DNA of 64,000 nt, taken from the NCBI GenBank assembly GCA_963762745.1, contig CAVXMB010000001.1:35301-99300 (forward strand). The letters run 5' to 3'. The notes below the pieces were generated by a model. The model was not told where the DNA came from, did not search any database, and saw nothing but the letters and a program-made list of their open reading frames with translations. The DNA comes from an uncultured Actinomycetota bacterium. GTDB lineage: Bacteria > Actinomycetota > UBA4738 > HRBIN12. Position numbers and translations under genes: made by a program. Each line of letters begins with the position of its first letter. Position 1 is the first letter of the stretch. Of this stretch, positions 1 through 9,476 are shown one piece after another.

Positions 1-1
1 C

Positions 2-655
2 CAACGAGCTGCGGCGACGCTCGCCTACTCGGTAGCGCCTGTCGAGCCGCCGGCGGAGCTCGAGGAACGGGTGGTCTCGGCGGTGCGGGATGCGGCGGGC
101 CGGCGGCGGGTGGCGGCGCCGCGGCGGAGCCGCGTCGCCGCGGCCGGCGTGCTGGCCGCGATGCTCGCCCTCTCCGGTTTGGGCTGGGGCGCGGTGATGG
201 CCGGCAGGGCCGACCGCCTCGAGGATCAGGTGGCGATCCAGCGCCAGCAGCAGCGGCAAGCGGTCGCGAACTTCCGCGCGCTGATCTCGGATCTCGAGGG
301 AGCGGACCCTGCGAACATCGTGGAGGTCGCCACGCTCATGTCCCCGCGGCTCCGGACCGGTGGGGGAGATGCCTTGGTCCTCCTGTCACCCTCGTCCGAC
401 GATCTTGCGCTCGTGGTGCTGAGTGGTCTGACCGAGCTCCGGGAGGGGCAATTCCCGCTCGAGGTGCGTCTCCTCAGCGATCGCGCCGGGGCCCAGGTCG
501 TCGGCCACATCCGGGCGTTGGATGCCGGCGGCGGGGGCGCCGTCAGCAAGTGGTTCGTGGGGAACCTGAACGCGTTCTCCGCCGTGGTGGTGCGAGACGC
601 GCGCGGCGACGTCCTCCTGAACGGCGGCCTCGGCGTTCAGGAACCGGTGGCCTGA
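2..655 (+). CDS. putative membrane-anchored anti-sigma factor, C-terminal part (5' end outside window)
   Basis: Frame is open from the first bases of the window to the stop at 653-655 (ORF track lists only 71..655). One clear TM helix (VAAAGVLAAMLALSGLGWGAVMA) follows a 'PPAELEERVVSAV' linker as in RskA/zf-HC2-type anti-sigma factors. Family call from memory. Confidence 0.45.
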   Translation, partial: QRAAATLAYSVAPVEPPAELEERVVSAVRDAAGRRRVAAPRRSRVAAAGVLAAMLALSGLGWGAVMAGRADRLEDQVAIQRQQQRQAVANFRALISDLEGADPANIVEVATLMSPRLRTGGGDALVLLSPSSDDLALVVLSGLTELREGQFPLEVRLLSDRAGAQVVGHIRALDAGGGGAVSKWFVGNLNAFSAVVVRDARGDVLLNGGLGVQEPVA

Positions 656-674
656 CCGACACTATCCTCGCGGG

Positions 675-1673
675 ATGCGCTTCGGGCTGACCCTGCCGCA
701 CTACGGCTTCTCGCTGCCGACCGGGCGGATCGGGTTCGCGGACGCGGCCGAGTGGGCTCGCAAGGCGGAGGCGCTCGGGTTCGACTCCGTCTGGGTCTCG
801 GACCACTTCTTCTATTCCTTCGCGCGATACGGTGCCGATCCGTCGCCCATCGCGTCGCTCGAGCCACTGGCGACGCTCGCCGGTGTCGCCGCGGTCACCG
901 ACCGCGTCCGGCTGGGGACCCTCGTCCTCTGCGCCGCGTTCCGGCACCCGGCCCTGCTCGCGAGAGCCGCCACGTCGATCGATCTGCTCTCGGGCGGGCG
1001 TCTCGATCTCGGACTGGGAGCCGGATGGATGGCGGAGGAGTTCGACGCCTTCGGATACCCGTTCGGGTCGGTGGGGGAGCGATTCGAGATCCTCGAGGAG
1101 ACGGTCGAGGTGCTGTCGCAGCTCTTCGGCGGGGAGGCGGTGACCTGCGACGGCCCGAACGTGACGTTGCGGGAGGCTGCGCTCCGTCCCGCCCCCGACC
1201 GGCCGCCGCCGCTGTGGCTGGGCGGCAAGGGGGGTCCGCGGCTGCTCCGGCTCGCTGCCCGCCTCGCCGACGGGTGGAACGTCGTGTGGCGGATGTCGCC
1301 CCGGGATTACGCGCAGAAGGTCTCAGACGTCCGGGAGGCGTGCGAGACACAGGGACGCGATCCGGCCACGGTCCGCCTCTCGGTCGGGCTGTACTCCCTG
1401 ATCGGCGAGGACGAGACTGCGGCGCGAGCCGCATTCGAACGCGGCCGCGCCGCCGCCCCGGGGAACGCGATGGCCGACGACGATCACGACGGCTGGCGCG
1501 CCGACACGCTCTCGGGGACGCCCGAGCAGATCCTCGAGCGTGTCGCCGCGTTCGAGTCGCTCGGCGTGGAGGAGATCATCGTGTCGCCGTGGGTGCTGCC
1601 GTTCGCGATCCACGAACCCGAGCAGGTCGAGCTGTTCGCGGAACGCGTGATCGCGCCGTCGCGAGCCGGATGA
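675..1673 (+). CDS. LLM-class (luciferase-like) flavin/F420-dependent oxidoreductase
   Basis: 332 aa. N-terminus MRFGLTLPHYGF..., 'GFDSVWVSDHFF' and 'LDLGLGAGW' are typical of luciferase-like monooxygenase / F420-dependent oxidoreductases. Confidence 0.85.
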   Translation: MRFGLTLPHYGFSLPTGRIGFADAAEWARKAEALGFDSVWVSDHFFYSFARYGADPSPIASLEPLATLAGVAAVTDRVRLGTLVLCAAFRHPALLARAATSIDLLSGGRLDLGLGAGWMAEEFDAFGYPFGSVGERFEILEETVEVLSQLFGGEAVTCDGPNVTLREAALRPAPDRPPPLWLGGKGGPRLLRLAARLADGWNVVWRMSPRDYAQKVSDVREACETQGRDPATVRLSVGLYSLIGEDETAARAAFERGRAAAPGNAMADDDHDGWRADTLSGTPEQILERVAAFESLGVEEIIVSPWVLPFAIHEPEQVELFAERVIAPSRAG

Positions 1674-1903
1674 TGGAGCCGCGAGCCGCCGTCCTGGCCG
1701 TTCTGACCGAGGAAGCGGCCCCTTTGCACTGGACCAAGATCCAGGACCTCGCCCTCCGGAGGGGGTACCTGGATCCCTTCGAACATCCCGACGTGCGCAA
1801 GCAGGTACAGACGACGCTGCACGCATTGGCGCACGAGGGCACCGTCGAGAAACAGGCGAAAGGGGTGTACTACTTGGCGGAGCGCGCGGAGGACGCCGAC
1901 TGA
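1670..1903 (+). CDS. small winged-helix (HARE-HTH-like) protein
   Basis: 77 aa (MMEPRAAVLAVLTEEAAPLHWTKIQDLALRRGYLD...GVYYLAE) at the 3' end of track ORF 752..1903. ATG 1670 overlaps the upstream stop (ATGA). Pattern resembles HARE-HTH domains. Confidence 0.55.
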   Translation: MMEPRAAVLAVLTEEAAPLHWTKIQDLALRRGYLDPFEHPDVRKQVQTTLHALAHEGTVEKQAKGVYYLAERAEDAD

Positions 1904-2187
1904 GCCTTCCTCCGGCCGCCGGCCGCCTTCTTCCGCCCGGCCGTCTTCCGAGGACGTCCCGCGGTTTTCCGTGGCCGCCCTCGGCGCTTCGGCGTCGCGG
2001 CCGCCTGGCCCGATCCCGCCATCTTGCGTGGACGACCCGGTCGCGGCCGACGAGCGCCCGCGACCAGCTCCGTCACGTGCGTGGCGCAGAGGTCCTTCGC
2101 GAAGTTGCCGCGGGCAACCTTGATCGTCACCGTTTCGGTGGCGGGTTTGCCGCACACGTCGCACACCACGATCGTTCTTTCTGCCAT
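1870..2187 (-). CDS. Lsr2-N-terminal-like nucleoid-associated protein with three AT-hook motifs
   Basis: Start taken at MAERTIVV (track ORF 1870..2220). N-terminal part (VVCDVCGKPATETVTIKVARGNFAKDLCATHVTELV) resembles the Lsr2 dimerisation domain. Basic tail carries PGRPRK, RGRPRK and AGRPRK (GRP AT-hook cores). Confidence 0.6.
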   Translation of the reverse strand: MAERTIVVCDVCGKPATETVTIKVARGNFAKDLCATHVTELVAGARRPRPGRPRKMAGSGQAAATPKRRGRPRKTAGRPRKTAGRKKAAGGRRKAQSASSARSAK

Positions 2188-2257
2188 GGTCGGATCCTCT
2201 CGGTCGGGAGGCGCGAGCATAGCCGAAGAACCAGATGGGGTTCCGGTGCGCGAGACG

Positions 2258-3253
2258 TCAACGTCGATAGGTGGCGCCCGAAATCTCCTCGAGTTTCTCG
2301 AAACGGTGTTGGGCTTCGACCCAGCGCATCGTGCCGGATCGAGACCGCATCACGAGCGAATACGTCGTTGCGCCGTCGGGCCAGTACCGCACACCCTGGA
2401 GCAGCGACCCCTCGGTGATGCCGGTTGCGGCGAAGAACACGTCCTTGCCGGACACGAGGTCGTCGGTCATCAGCACGCGTTCCGGATCGAGCCCTGCGCC
2501 TTGGAGCTGTTCGCGCTCCTCGTCGGTCCTCGGTGCGAGACGTCCCTGGATCGCACCTCCCATGCACTTCAACGCGGCGGCGGCGATGACCCCTTCGGGG
2601 GTGCCGCCGATCCCCATCAGCAGGTCCACGCCGGAGCGGGGCGCCGCCGCCGAGATCGCTCCTTCGACGTCTCCGTCGGTGATCAGGAACACCCGGGCGC
2701 CGACATCCCTGACCGCTTCGATGATCGCTTGGTGGCGGGGTCGATCGAGGATCATCACCGAGACCTCCTCGGGCTTCATCCCCTTCGCCTTCGCCACCTG
2801 CCGGACGTTCTCCTCCGGCGACGCGGTCACGTCGATCACGTCCGCGGACTCCGGCCCCGTCGCCACCTTCTCCATGTAGACGGCGACGTCGGGGAAGAAC
2901 ATCGTCCCGCGTTCCGCGAGCGCGATCACCGCGACCGCGTTGGGTTGTCCCGTCGCGGTGAGGCGCGTCCCGTCGATCGGGTCGACCGCGACGTCGACCG
3001 CCGGCCCCGACCCGTTCCCGACGGCCTCGCCGTTGTAGAGCATCGGCGCTTCGTCCTTCTCGCCCTCGCCGATCACGACGACACCGTCCATCGAAACCGA
3101 ATCGATCATGAAACGCATCGCGTCGACAGCCGCTTGATCGGCCGCGACCTTGTCGCCGCGGCCGATCCAGCGGCCGGCGGCGAGCGCGGCGGCCTCGGTC
3201 ACGCGCCCGAGCTCCATCGCGAGGTTGCGGTCGGGACGGATCCGGTTCGTCAT
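2258..3253 (-). CDS. glpX: class II fructose-1,6-bisphosphatase
   Basis: 331 aa. [26 protein letters not shown]..., '[14 protein letters not shown]' and 'VDPIDGT' match GlpX family hallmarks. Confidence 0.9.
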   Translation of the reverse strand: MTNRIRPDRNLAMELGRVTEAAALAAGRWIGRGDKVAADQAAVDAMRFMIDSVSMDGVVVIGEGEKDEAPMLYNGEAVGNGSGPAVDVAVDPIDGTRLTATGQPNAVAVIALAERGTMFFPDVAVYMEKVATGPESADVIDVTASPEENVRQVAKAKGMKPEEVSVMILDRPRHQAIIEAVRDVGARVFLITDGDVEGAISAAAPRSGVDLLMGIGGTPEGVIAAAALKCMGGAIQGRLAPRTDEEREQLQGAGLDPERVLMTDDLVSGKDVFFAATGITEGSLLQGVRYWPDGATTYSLVMRSRSGTMRWVEAQHRFEKLEEISGATYRR

Positions 3254-4242
3254 CGGAGCACCTCCAAGACCTCGAGTGGGCGGGCGCCGTCGAACAGCAC
3301 CCGGTGGATGGCTTCGTGATACGGCAGCTGCACGCCGTGTTCGGAGGCGAGGCGTCGCACGTGACGCGTCGACTCGACGCCCTCGACCGTGAGCCCACCG
3401 GCCTCCAGCTCGCGGAGCGTGTCCTCGGGAGGATCCCCGGTGCCGACCAACTCCCCGTAGAGGCGGTTCCGCCCACCGAGGCTCGTGACCAGCTGATCGC
3501 CGATCCCCGCGAGGCCCATCGCCGTTTCGGACCTGCCGCCCAGCTCCGTCACGAGCGCAACGATCTCCTGTGCCGCCCTCGTGAAGAGCGCGGCCTTCGC
3601 GTTCTGGTAGCCGATCCCCGTGCTCTTCCCGAGACCGTCCAGCAGGCCGAGACCGATCGCGGCGACGTTCTTCATCATCGAGCAGAGCTCGACGCCGACG
3701 ACATCGTCCGAGTACGAGAGCTGATAGTGACGGTCGTCGAACGGCTTGCCCGCCTCCTCGGCGATCGCGACGAGGCTCGAAGCCCAGACCGCCGCGGTGG
3801 GGAGGCCCTCCGCGAGCTCTCGGGCGAGGCAGGGACCGCCCACCACCACGACGTCGACGCCGGTGAGCTCCTCGCCGTAGACCTCACTCATCCGCTTGCC
3901 CGTCGTGGGCTCCAGCCCCTTGGCAACGGAGACGGCCGTGCGCGCGCCGGCGACGTGCTCGCGCACCATCGACGCCAGCGAGCGAGCGCCGGCGGAGTTG
4001 GCGGCCAGCACGGCGATCTCCACGTCGCGCGCCGCCGCCTCGAGCTCGTTGGGCCCGAGCAGGTCGACTCCCTCCGGGAGGTGTTCGGGGAGCAGCGGAT
4101 GCTTCCGGTCCTGCCGCATCGCCGCATACGCGGCGAGATCGTGCTCGTTCGCCCATAGAGAGGTGGGAAGGCCCGTGCGCGCCGCATGCATCGCGAACGC
4201 GGTTCCCATCGCTCCGGCCCCGAAGACCGTCACCCTCGCCAC
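3250..4242 (-). CDS. gpsA: NAD(P)H-dependent glycerol-3-phosphate dehydrogenase
   Basis: 330 aa. Rossmann N-terminus [14 protein letters not shown] and overall GpsA-like sequence. Stop overlaps glpX start (ATGA at 3250-3253). Confidence 0.9.
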   Translation of the reverse strand: MARVTVFGAGAMGTAFAMHAARTGLPTSLWANEHDLAAYAAMRQDRKHPLLPEHLPEGVDLLGPNELEAAARDVEIAVLAANSAGARSLASMVREHVAGARTAVSVAKGLEPTTGKRMSEVYGEELTGVDVVVVGGPCLARELAEGLPTAAVWASSLVAIAEEAGKPFDDRHYQLSYSDDVVGVELCSMMKNVAAIGLGLLDGLGKSTGIGYQNAKAALFTRAAQEIVALVTELGGRSETAMGLAGIGDQLVTSLGGRNRLYGELVGTGDPPEDTLRELEAGGLTVEGVESTRHVRRLASEHGVQLPYHEAIHRVLFDGARPLEVLEVLR

Positions 4243-4301
4243 GGGCTCACGATAGCCGCGAGCCGACCGAGCCAGCCACGTCGGATACGCTTCCCGGCAT
4301 C

Positions 4302-5324
4302 ATGGCCGAGCCGCGGTATCTCCAGGTCGACGACTACGAGCCGGTCGCGAAGCAGAAGCTCCCGTCCGACGTGTACGACTACTACGCGGGGGGAGCGGGC
4401 GACGAGCGAACGCTCGAAGAGAACCTGAGGGCGTTCGACAGGTGGATGCTGCGCCCTCGGTTCCTGCGAGGCTCCGGCTTCCCCGATCCCTCGACGGAGC
4501 TCCTCGGCACCCGCGTCGAGTTCCCCGTGCTCGTCGCGCCCTGGGCCTATCAGGGGCGAGCGCATCCCGACGGCGAACGAGGCACCGTGGTCGGCGCCGC
4601 CCGAGCAGGGACGATCCCGGTGGTCTCGTCGACGGCGGTCGACACCCTCGAGGAGATCGCGGCGGCCTCCGACGGGCCGAAGTGGTGGCAGCTGTACCTC
4701 TTCGAGGATCGCGGGCTGTCGGCGGAGATGCTCGGGCGCGTGACCGCGGCCGGCTATCGGGCGATCTGTTGGACCGTGGACTTCCCCGTGACCGGGCTCC
4801 GGCATCGTGACACGCGGAGCGGGTTCGTGATGCCGTTCGGGATCGGCAGCGCCGACTACGCCTACGAGCCGAACATGACGTGGGATCACCTCGGGTTCAT
4901 CCGCGAGCACGCACCGGATCTTCCGGTCCTGGTGAAGGGGATCCTCACCGCCGAGGACGCGACGTTGGCCGTGGAGCACGGAGCCGACGGGATCGTCGTT
5001 TCGAACCACGGCGGGCGGCAGCTGGATTCGTGCCCGGCCTCGCTCGACGCGTTGCCCGAGGTGGTCGACGCGGTCGCCGGACGCCTCCCGGTCCTGATGG
5101 ACGGCGGCGTCCGGCGGGGGACCGACGTCCTGAAGGCCCTGGCGCTCGGAGCGGTGGCGGTGATGGTGGGCCGCCCGGCCGCGTGGGCGTTGGCGGCAGA
5201 GGGCGAGGACGGTGTCGCGGGCGTGCTGGACATCTTCCGCGCCGAGGTCGAGAACGCGATGGCGCTCACCGGCTGCCGGTCGGTCGCCGAGATCGGGCGG
5301 GAGCTCGTCGGACCGGCGCCGTAG
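4302..5324 (+). CDS. FMN-dependent alpha-hydroxy acid dehydrogenase/oxidase (LldD/glycolate oxidase family)
   Basis: 340 aa. 'DYYAGGAGDERTLEEN..AF' N-terminus and 'VSNHGGRQLD' active-site motif. Confidence 0.85.
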   Translation: MAEPRYLQVDDYEPVAKQKLPSDVYDYYAGGAGDERTLEENLRAFDRWMLRPRFLRGSGFPDPSTELLGTRVEFPVLVAPWAYQGRAHPDGERGTVVGAARAGTIPVVSSTAVDTLEEIAAASDGPKWWQLYLFEDRGLSAEMLGRVTAAGYRAICWTVDFPVTGLRHRDTRSGFVMPFGIGSADYAYEPNMTWDHLGFIREHAPDLPVLVKGILTAEDATLAVEHGADGIVVSNHGGRQLDSCPASLDALPEVVDAVAGRLPVLMDGGVRRGTDVLKALALGAVAVMVGRPAAWALAAEGEDGVAGVLDIFRAEVENAMALTGCRSVAEIGRELVGPAP

Positions 5325-5325
5325 G

Positions 5326-6015
5326 TCAGCGTTCCCAGACGGCCGGATCGTGGGCGAAGTGCACGCGGACGGGGGCCAGGGACCGCAACCGCTCCACGGA
5401 GTTCGGGTAGCGAGCATCGCGTGCCGAAGAGGCGCCCGATACCGAGGGTTCGGACGCACCCTGCCACTCGGCTCGCGACTGCACCGCCTGACCGGCGAGC
5501 ACGACCGCCCCATCCGGGGCATCGAGCACGAGCGACTGATGGCCGGCCGTGTGCCCGGGCGTGGGAGTGAGCCGCAATCCCGGAGCCACCTCGAACTCAC
5601 CGTCCAGGACCTCGTAGGAGACGCCAGGCACATCGATCCACTCAGCGACGGTGTAGTCAGGCTCGTGCACCATGGCCCACTCGGTTCGCTGGACGAAGAT
5701 CGGGACCCCCGGCGGGATCCGGCCGTTCTGGCCGCTGTGGTCGAAGTGCAGGTGGCAGTTCGCCACGCCCGTGACGTCTGCGAGGGAGATCCCGTGCTCG
5801 GCGAGACCGTTCTCGATCGTGGTGACGCGCGGCGAGAACGTCGACTCGATCTCGGCGTTGCCGAGGCCGGCCCCGTTGTCGAAAAGGAAGACCCCGTTCC
5901 TGTGCACGACGGCGTGCGCGTAGGACGGCCACCACTCGCGCTGCAGGAGCTGCTGCTCGTCCTGGGGCAGCCGCAGCTCGGACACGAGGAACGGGACCAC
6001 GCGAACGTCGGGCAC
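5326..6015 (-). CDS. MBL-fold metallo-hydrolase (lactonase-like)
   Basis: 229 aa with HxHxDH motif (CHLHFDHSG) and 'TPGHTAGH'. Confidence 0.8.
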   Translation of the reverse strand: MPDVRVVPFLVSELRLPQDEQQLLQREWWPSYAHAVVHRNGVFLFDNGAGLGNAEIESTFSPRVTTIENGLAEHGISLADVTGVANCHLHFDHSGQNGRIPPGVPIFVQRTEWAMVHEPDYTVAEWIDVPGVSYEVLDGEFEVAPGLRLTPTPGHTAGHQSLVLDAPDGAVVLAGQAVQSRAEWQGASEPSVSGASSARDARYPNSVERLRSLAPVRVHFAHDPAVWER

Positions 6016-6088
6016 GTTCGCAATCTAGCCGAGGGGCATCGGCCGCCGGCGTGGACGGGCTCGCCGACGGTCTGACACCCTTCCCGCG

Positions 6089-6919
6089 ATGAGCGGATAC
6101 GACCTTCACACGCACTCGAACCGCTCCGACGGCACCCTGCGTCCCGCCGAGGTGATGGTGCTCGCCGCGCAGCGCGAACTCACGGGCGTCGCGCTCACCG
6201 ACCACGACACGTTCGACGGTCTCGAGGAAGCGGCGGCCACGGCGAGCGAGCTCGGACTCGATCTCGTGCCCGGGATCGAGTTCTCGGCCGAATACGACGG
6301 CGCGAGCCTCCACATCCTCGGCTACTGGGTCGACCCCGACGATGCCGCGATCGAGGCCGAGTTGCTCCGACTCACCGCGACGCGCTTCCGACGCGGCGAG
6401 ATGATCGTCGAGAAGCTGCGCGAGATCGGCTTCGACATCTCGATCGAACGGATCCGCGAGCTCGCCGGCGGGGACGCGATCGCGAGGCCCCACATCGCCG
6501 AGGCGATGGTCGAAGCCGGGATCGTCGCCGACGAGAAGGAGGCGTTCGATCGGTACATCTCCGACGACGGAGCTGCCTACGTCCCCAAGCACGCGCTCCA
6601 GCCGATCGACGCGCTCCGTCTGATCGGCGAGGCCGGCGGGGCGTGCGTGCTCGCGCATCCCGGCATGTGGCGCGGGAGTGAGACCGTTCCCGACGAGCTG
6701 ATCGAGGAGATGGCGGCGAGGGGGATGGTGGGACTCGAGGTTCGCCATCCGGACCACGACGAGGCGATGCGAGCGAAGTATGCGGCCATGGCGCAACGGC
6801 TGGGTCTGGTGGCAACGGCCGCATCGGATTGCCACGGCGAGCGCTACGGCTTTCGGATGGGATCGGAACGCACGGATGGAGAGTCGTTCGCGGAGTTGAA
6901 GCGGCGAGCAGGTCGCTGA
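6089..6919 (+). CDS. PHP-domain phosphoesterase (TrpH/YciV-like)
   Basis: 276 aa. 'YDLHTHSNRSDG' N-terminal PHP motif and 'LAHP' later. Confidence 0.85.
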   Translation: MSGYDLHTHSNRSDGTLRPAEVMVLAAQRELTGVALTDHDTFDGLEEAAATASELGLDLVPGIEFSAEYDGASLHILGYWVDPDDAAIEAELLRLTATRFRRGEMIVEKLREIGFDISIERIRELAGGDAIARPHIAEAMVEAGIVADEKEAFDRYISDDGAAYVPKHALQPIDALRLIGEAGGACVLAHPGMWRGSETVPDELIEEMAARGMVGLEVRHPDHDEAMRAKYAAMAQRLGLVATAASDCHGERYGFRMGSERTDGESFAELKRRAGR

Positions 6920-6951
6920 ACTCCGCTGGGATCGAAGGGGAGTCTCGCGCG

Positions 6952-7617
6952 ATGACGATCGAGATGGTCTTCCTCGACATCGGGGGCGTGCTCTACGACG
7001 ACACCGTATATGCGCGCGCCTGGCATCGCGCCCTGCGCGATGCCGGCGCGCGCTTCACCGACACCGAGTTCGACGAGGAGTACGGCCGAGCTCGCACGGA
7101 GCAGTCGGGGTCGTTCCGGCGGCGTCTCGTCGCGCGGTTCCTCCCCGACGGCGATCTCCGTGAGCTGGAATCACTCGCGGCCCGCTACTGGCACTATCCG
7201 CCGTCCGCCCTCTACGAGGACGTGGTCCCGTGCCTCGAGGAGCTGCGGGGCCGCTACCGGCTCGGCGTCATCGCCAACCAACCGGGAGACGTCCGCACCG
7301 CGATGCGCCGCGACGGTCTGGATCGGTTCTTCGAGGTGTGGGGTGTCTCCGACGAGCTCGGTGTCGGGAAGCCCGATCCCGCTCTCTTCGAGCTCTCGGT
7401 GAAGACCGCCGGGGTCAGTCCCGGAGCGAGCGTCATGGTCGGCGATCGACTCGACTACGACATGCGCCCCGCCGCGCGGGTGGGCATGCGCACCGTCTGG
7501 ATGCTCCGCGGCGAAGCGCCCGACGACCCCACACCCGAACAGCTCGCAGAGACCGACGCCGCGGTCGGGGGCCTCGCCGAGCTGCCCGATGCGCTGGAAC
7601 GGCTGTCGTCGGCATGA
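6952..7617 (+). CDS. HAD-family hydrolase
   Basis: Start re-picked at MTIEMVFLDIGGVLYDD (motif I) inside track ORF 6829..7617. 'VGDRLDYD' motif IV-like. Confidence 0.8.
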   Translation: MTIEMVFLDIGGVLYDDTVYARAWHRALRDAGARFTDTEFDEEYGRARTEQSGSFRRRLVARFLPDGDLRELESLAARYWHYPPSALYEDVVPCLEELRGRYRLGVIANQPGDVRTAMRRDGLDRFFEVWGVSDELGVGKPDPALFELSVKTAGVSPGASVMVGDRLDYDMRPAARVGMRTVWMLRGEAPDDPTPEQLAETDAAVGGLAELPDALERLSSA

Positions 7618-8927
7618 GCGCCAGCGAGGCACCTCGCCACATCCTCGTCGTGGGTGCCGGCTTCGCCGGGCTCTACGCGGCGATGGGGTTGAAGGAAGCC
7701 GTCGCCGCCGGGCACCGCGTCACGGTCGTCAACCAGGAGAGCTTCTTCCAGTACCAGCCGTTCCTGCCGGAGGTCGCGTCGGGGACGATCGACCCTCGCG
7801 CCGCTGTCGTGCCGCTCCGACGCGTCTTGCGCCACTGCCGGATCGTGATCGGCGAGGTCACCCGCGTCGATCATGCCGCTCGCGAGGTGGACGTGCGAAC
7901 CGCGGGCGGGACCGATCGGACGATCGGCTACGACATCGTCGTGTTCACCCCGGGGTCTCGGTCGCGCGTCCTTCCGGTGCCGGGCCTCGCGGAACACGGG
8001 ATCGGCTTCAAGACGGTCCAGGAGGCGATCTATCTCCGCAACCACGTCTTGGCGCAGCTCGACGTCGCGGCGTCCGAGGAGGACGCCGGGCGCCGGCGAG
8101 CTGCGCTCACCTTCGTCTTCGTAGGCGGTGGCTATGCGGGTGTCGAGGCACTCGGCGAGCTCGAGGACCTCGCACGTGACGCGATCGAGAACTACCCCGA
8201 CCTCGACGCCTCCGAGATGCGCTGGATCCTCGTCGACGCGGCGGACAGGATCCTGCCCGAGCTTCCCCCGGAACTCGCGTCCTACGCGCGAGACCTCCTT
8301 CTGGAGCGCAAGATCGAGATCAAGCTCGACACCCGGCTCGACTCGGCGGAGGCCGGCGTGATCCGACTCTCGGACGGGGATGCGTTCCCCGCCGAAACGC
8401 TGGTGTGGACAGCGGGCGTGAAGCCGTCCCCCCTCGCTCGCGAGTCGGGATTCCCGGTGGACGAACAAGGCCGCCTTCGCGTCGACACATCCCTCCGCGT
8501 CGAGGGAGTCGACGATGCCTGGGCCGCCGGCGACGCGGCCGCCGTGCCCGATGCGACCACCGGGGGACTCTCGCCGCCCACCGCCCAACACGGGCTCCGT
8601 CAGGGCAAGCGCGTCGCGGCCAACATCTCGGCCACCCTCGCCGGCGATCCGCTCCAACCGTTCGTGTACGCGAACATCGGCGGAGTGTGCTCGCTCGGCC
8701 GTTACAAGGGCGTCGCGATCGTCAAGGGTCTCAAGTTCCGAGGATTCCTCGGTTGGTTCCTGCACCGCTCGTATCACCTGCTCGCGATGCCCACATGGAC
8801 GCGCCGCGTGAAGATCGCGATGGACTGGACGGTGGCCCTGCTTTTCCCACGGGACCTGGCGCAGCTCGGGTCGCTCGGGCGACCTCGGGATCCCTTCCAA
8901 CAGGCGTCGGGCGGCCAGCCCGGCTGA
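7614..8927 (+). CDS. ndh: type II NADH dehydrogenase (NAD(P)/FAD-dependent oxidoreductase)
   Basis: Start at MSASEAPRHILVVGAGFAGL (ATGA overlap with the HAD stop). Two dinucleotide folds (VVGAGFAG, FVGGGYAGVE). The upstream part of track ORF 7230..8927 is off-gene. Confidence 0.85.
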   Translation: MSASEAPRHILVVGAGFAGLYAAMGLKEAVAAGHRVTVVNQESFFQYQPFLPEVASGTIDPRAAVVPLRRVLRHCRIVIGEVTRVDHAAREVDVRTAGGTDRTIGYDIVVFTPGSRSRVLPVPGLAEHGIGFKTVQEAIYLRNHVLAQLDVAASEEDAGRRRAALTFVFVGGGYAGVEALGELEDLARDAIENYPDLDASEMRWILVDAADRILPELPPELASYARDLLLERKIEIKLDTRLDSAEAGVIRLSDGDAFPAETLVWTAGVKPSPLARESGFPVDEQGRLRVDTSLRVEGVDDAWAAGDAAAVPDATTGGLSPPTAQHGLRQGKRVAANISATLAGDPLQPFVYANIGGVCSLGRYKGVAIVKGLKFRGFLGWFLHRSYHLLAMPTWTRRVKIAMDWTVALLFPRDLAQLGSLGRPRDPFQQASGGQPG

Positions 8928-8936
8928 GTTCCCGGT

Positions 8937-9398
8937 TCAGGCGCCGCGCTTGCGCTGGAGCTGGCTGGCCGCCTGGAGGGCCGCGTGGGACCCGGCGATG
9001 TCCGGCATCTCGTGGCCTCCGGACAGCTCATCGGCCGCCCAGCGGGTCATGTCCCGGATCGACACGATCCCGACGACGTTGCCGCCGTCGACGATCGGCA
9101 GGTGACGGATGTTGTTCGTCACCATCAGGTCGGCCGCTTGGGAGAGCTCGGTTTTCGGATCCACCGTGATCAGGTCGAGGCGCGTCATGCGTCCCTCGAC
9201 GGTGGTGGTGTTCGGGTCTCCGCCCTCGGCCACGAGGTTCACGATGTCGCGCTCGGTGACGATGCCCTGGAGCTTCTTGCCGTCCAGCACGACGACCGAG
9301 GAGATCCCGTTCGAACGCATCATCTTGGCGACGTCGGCGAAGGAATCGCTCGTGCTGGCCGTCTTCACGTCCGAGTGCATGATCTCGCCGACGAGCAT
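8937..9398 (-). CDS. CBS-pair domain protein
   Basis: 153 aa with two CBS repeats (IMHSDVKTAS...GIVTERDIV; ...HLPIVDGGNVVGIVSIRDM). Confidence 0.8.
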   Translation of the reverse strand: MLVGEIMHSDVKTASTSDSFADVAKMMRSNGISSVVVLDGKKLQGIVTERDIVNLVAEGGDPNTTTVEGRMTRLDLITVDPKTELSQAADLMVTNNIRHLPIVDGGNVVGIVSIRDMTRWAADELSGGHEMPDIAGSHAALQAASQLQRKRGA

Positions 9399-9476
9399 CC
9401 AACTCCTCCTCGCGCCGCTGGGGGTGTGAGCCTACTACGGGGAGCCTGTGCACACTCCCGGTGGCATGATGCCGTG

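Noticed and set aside
4230-6023. 597-aa minus-strand ORF spanning the lactate-oxidase-like and MBL genes
   Set aside because: Composition is Arg/Pro/Ser/Thr/Gly-dominated and low-complexity. It is antisense or off-frame to two genes with clear catalytic motifs. This is a typical high-GC shadow ORF.
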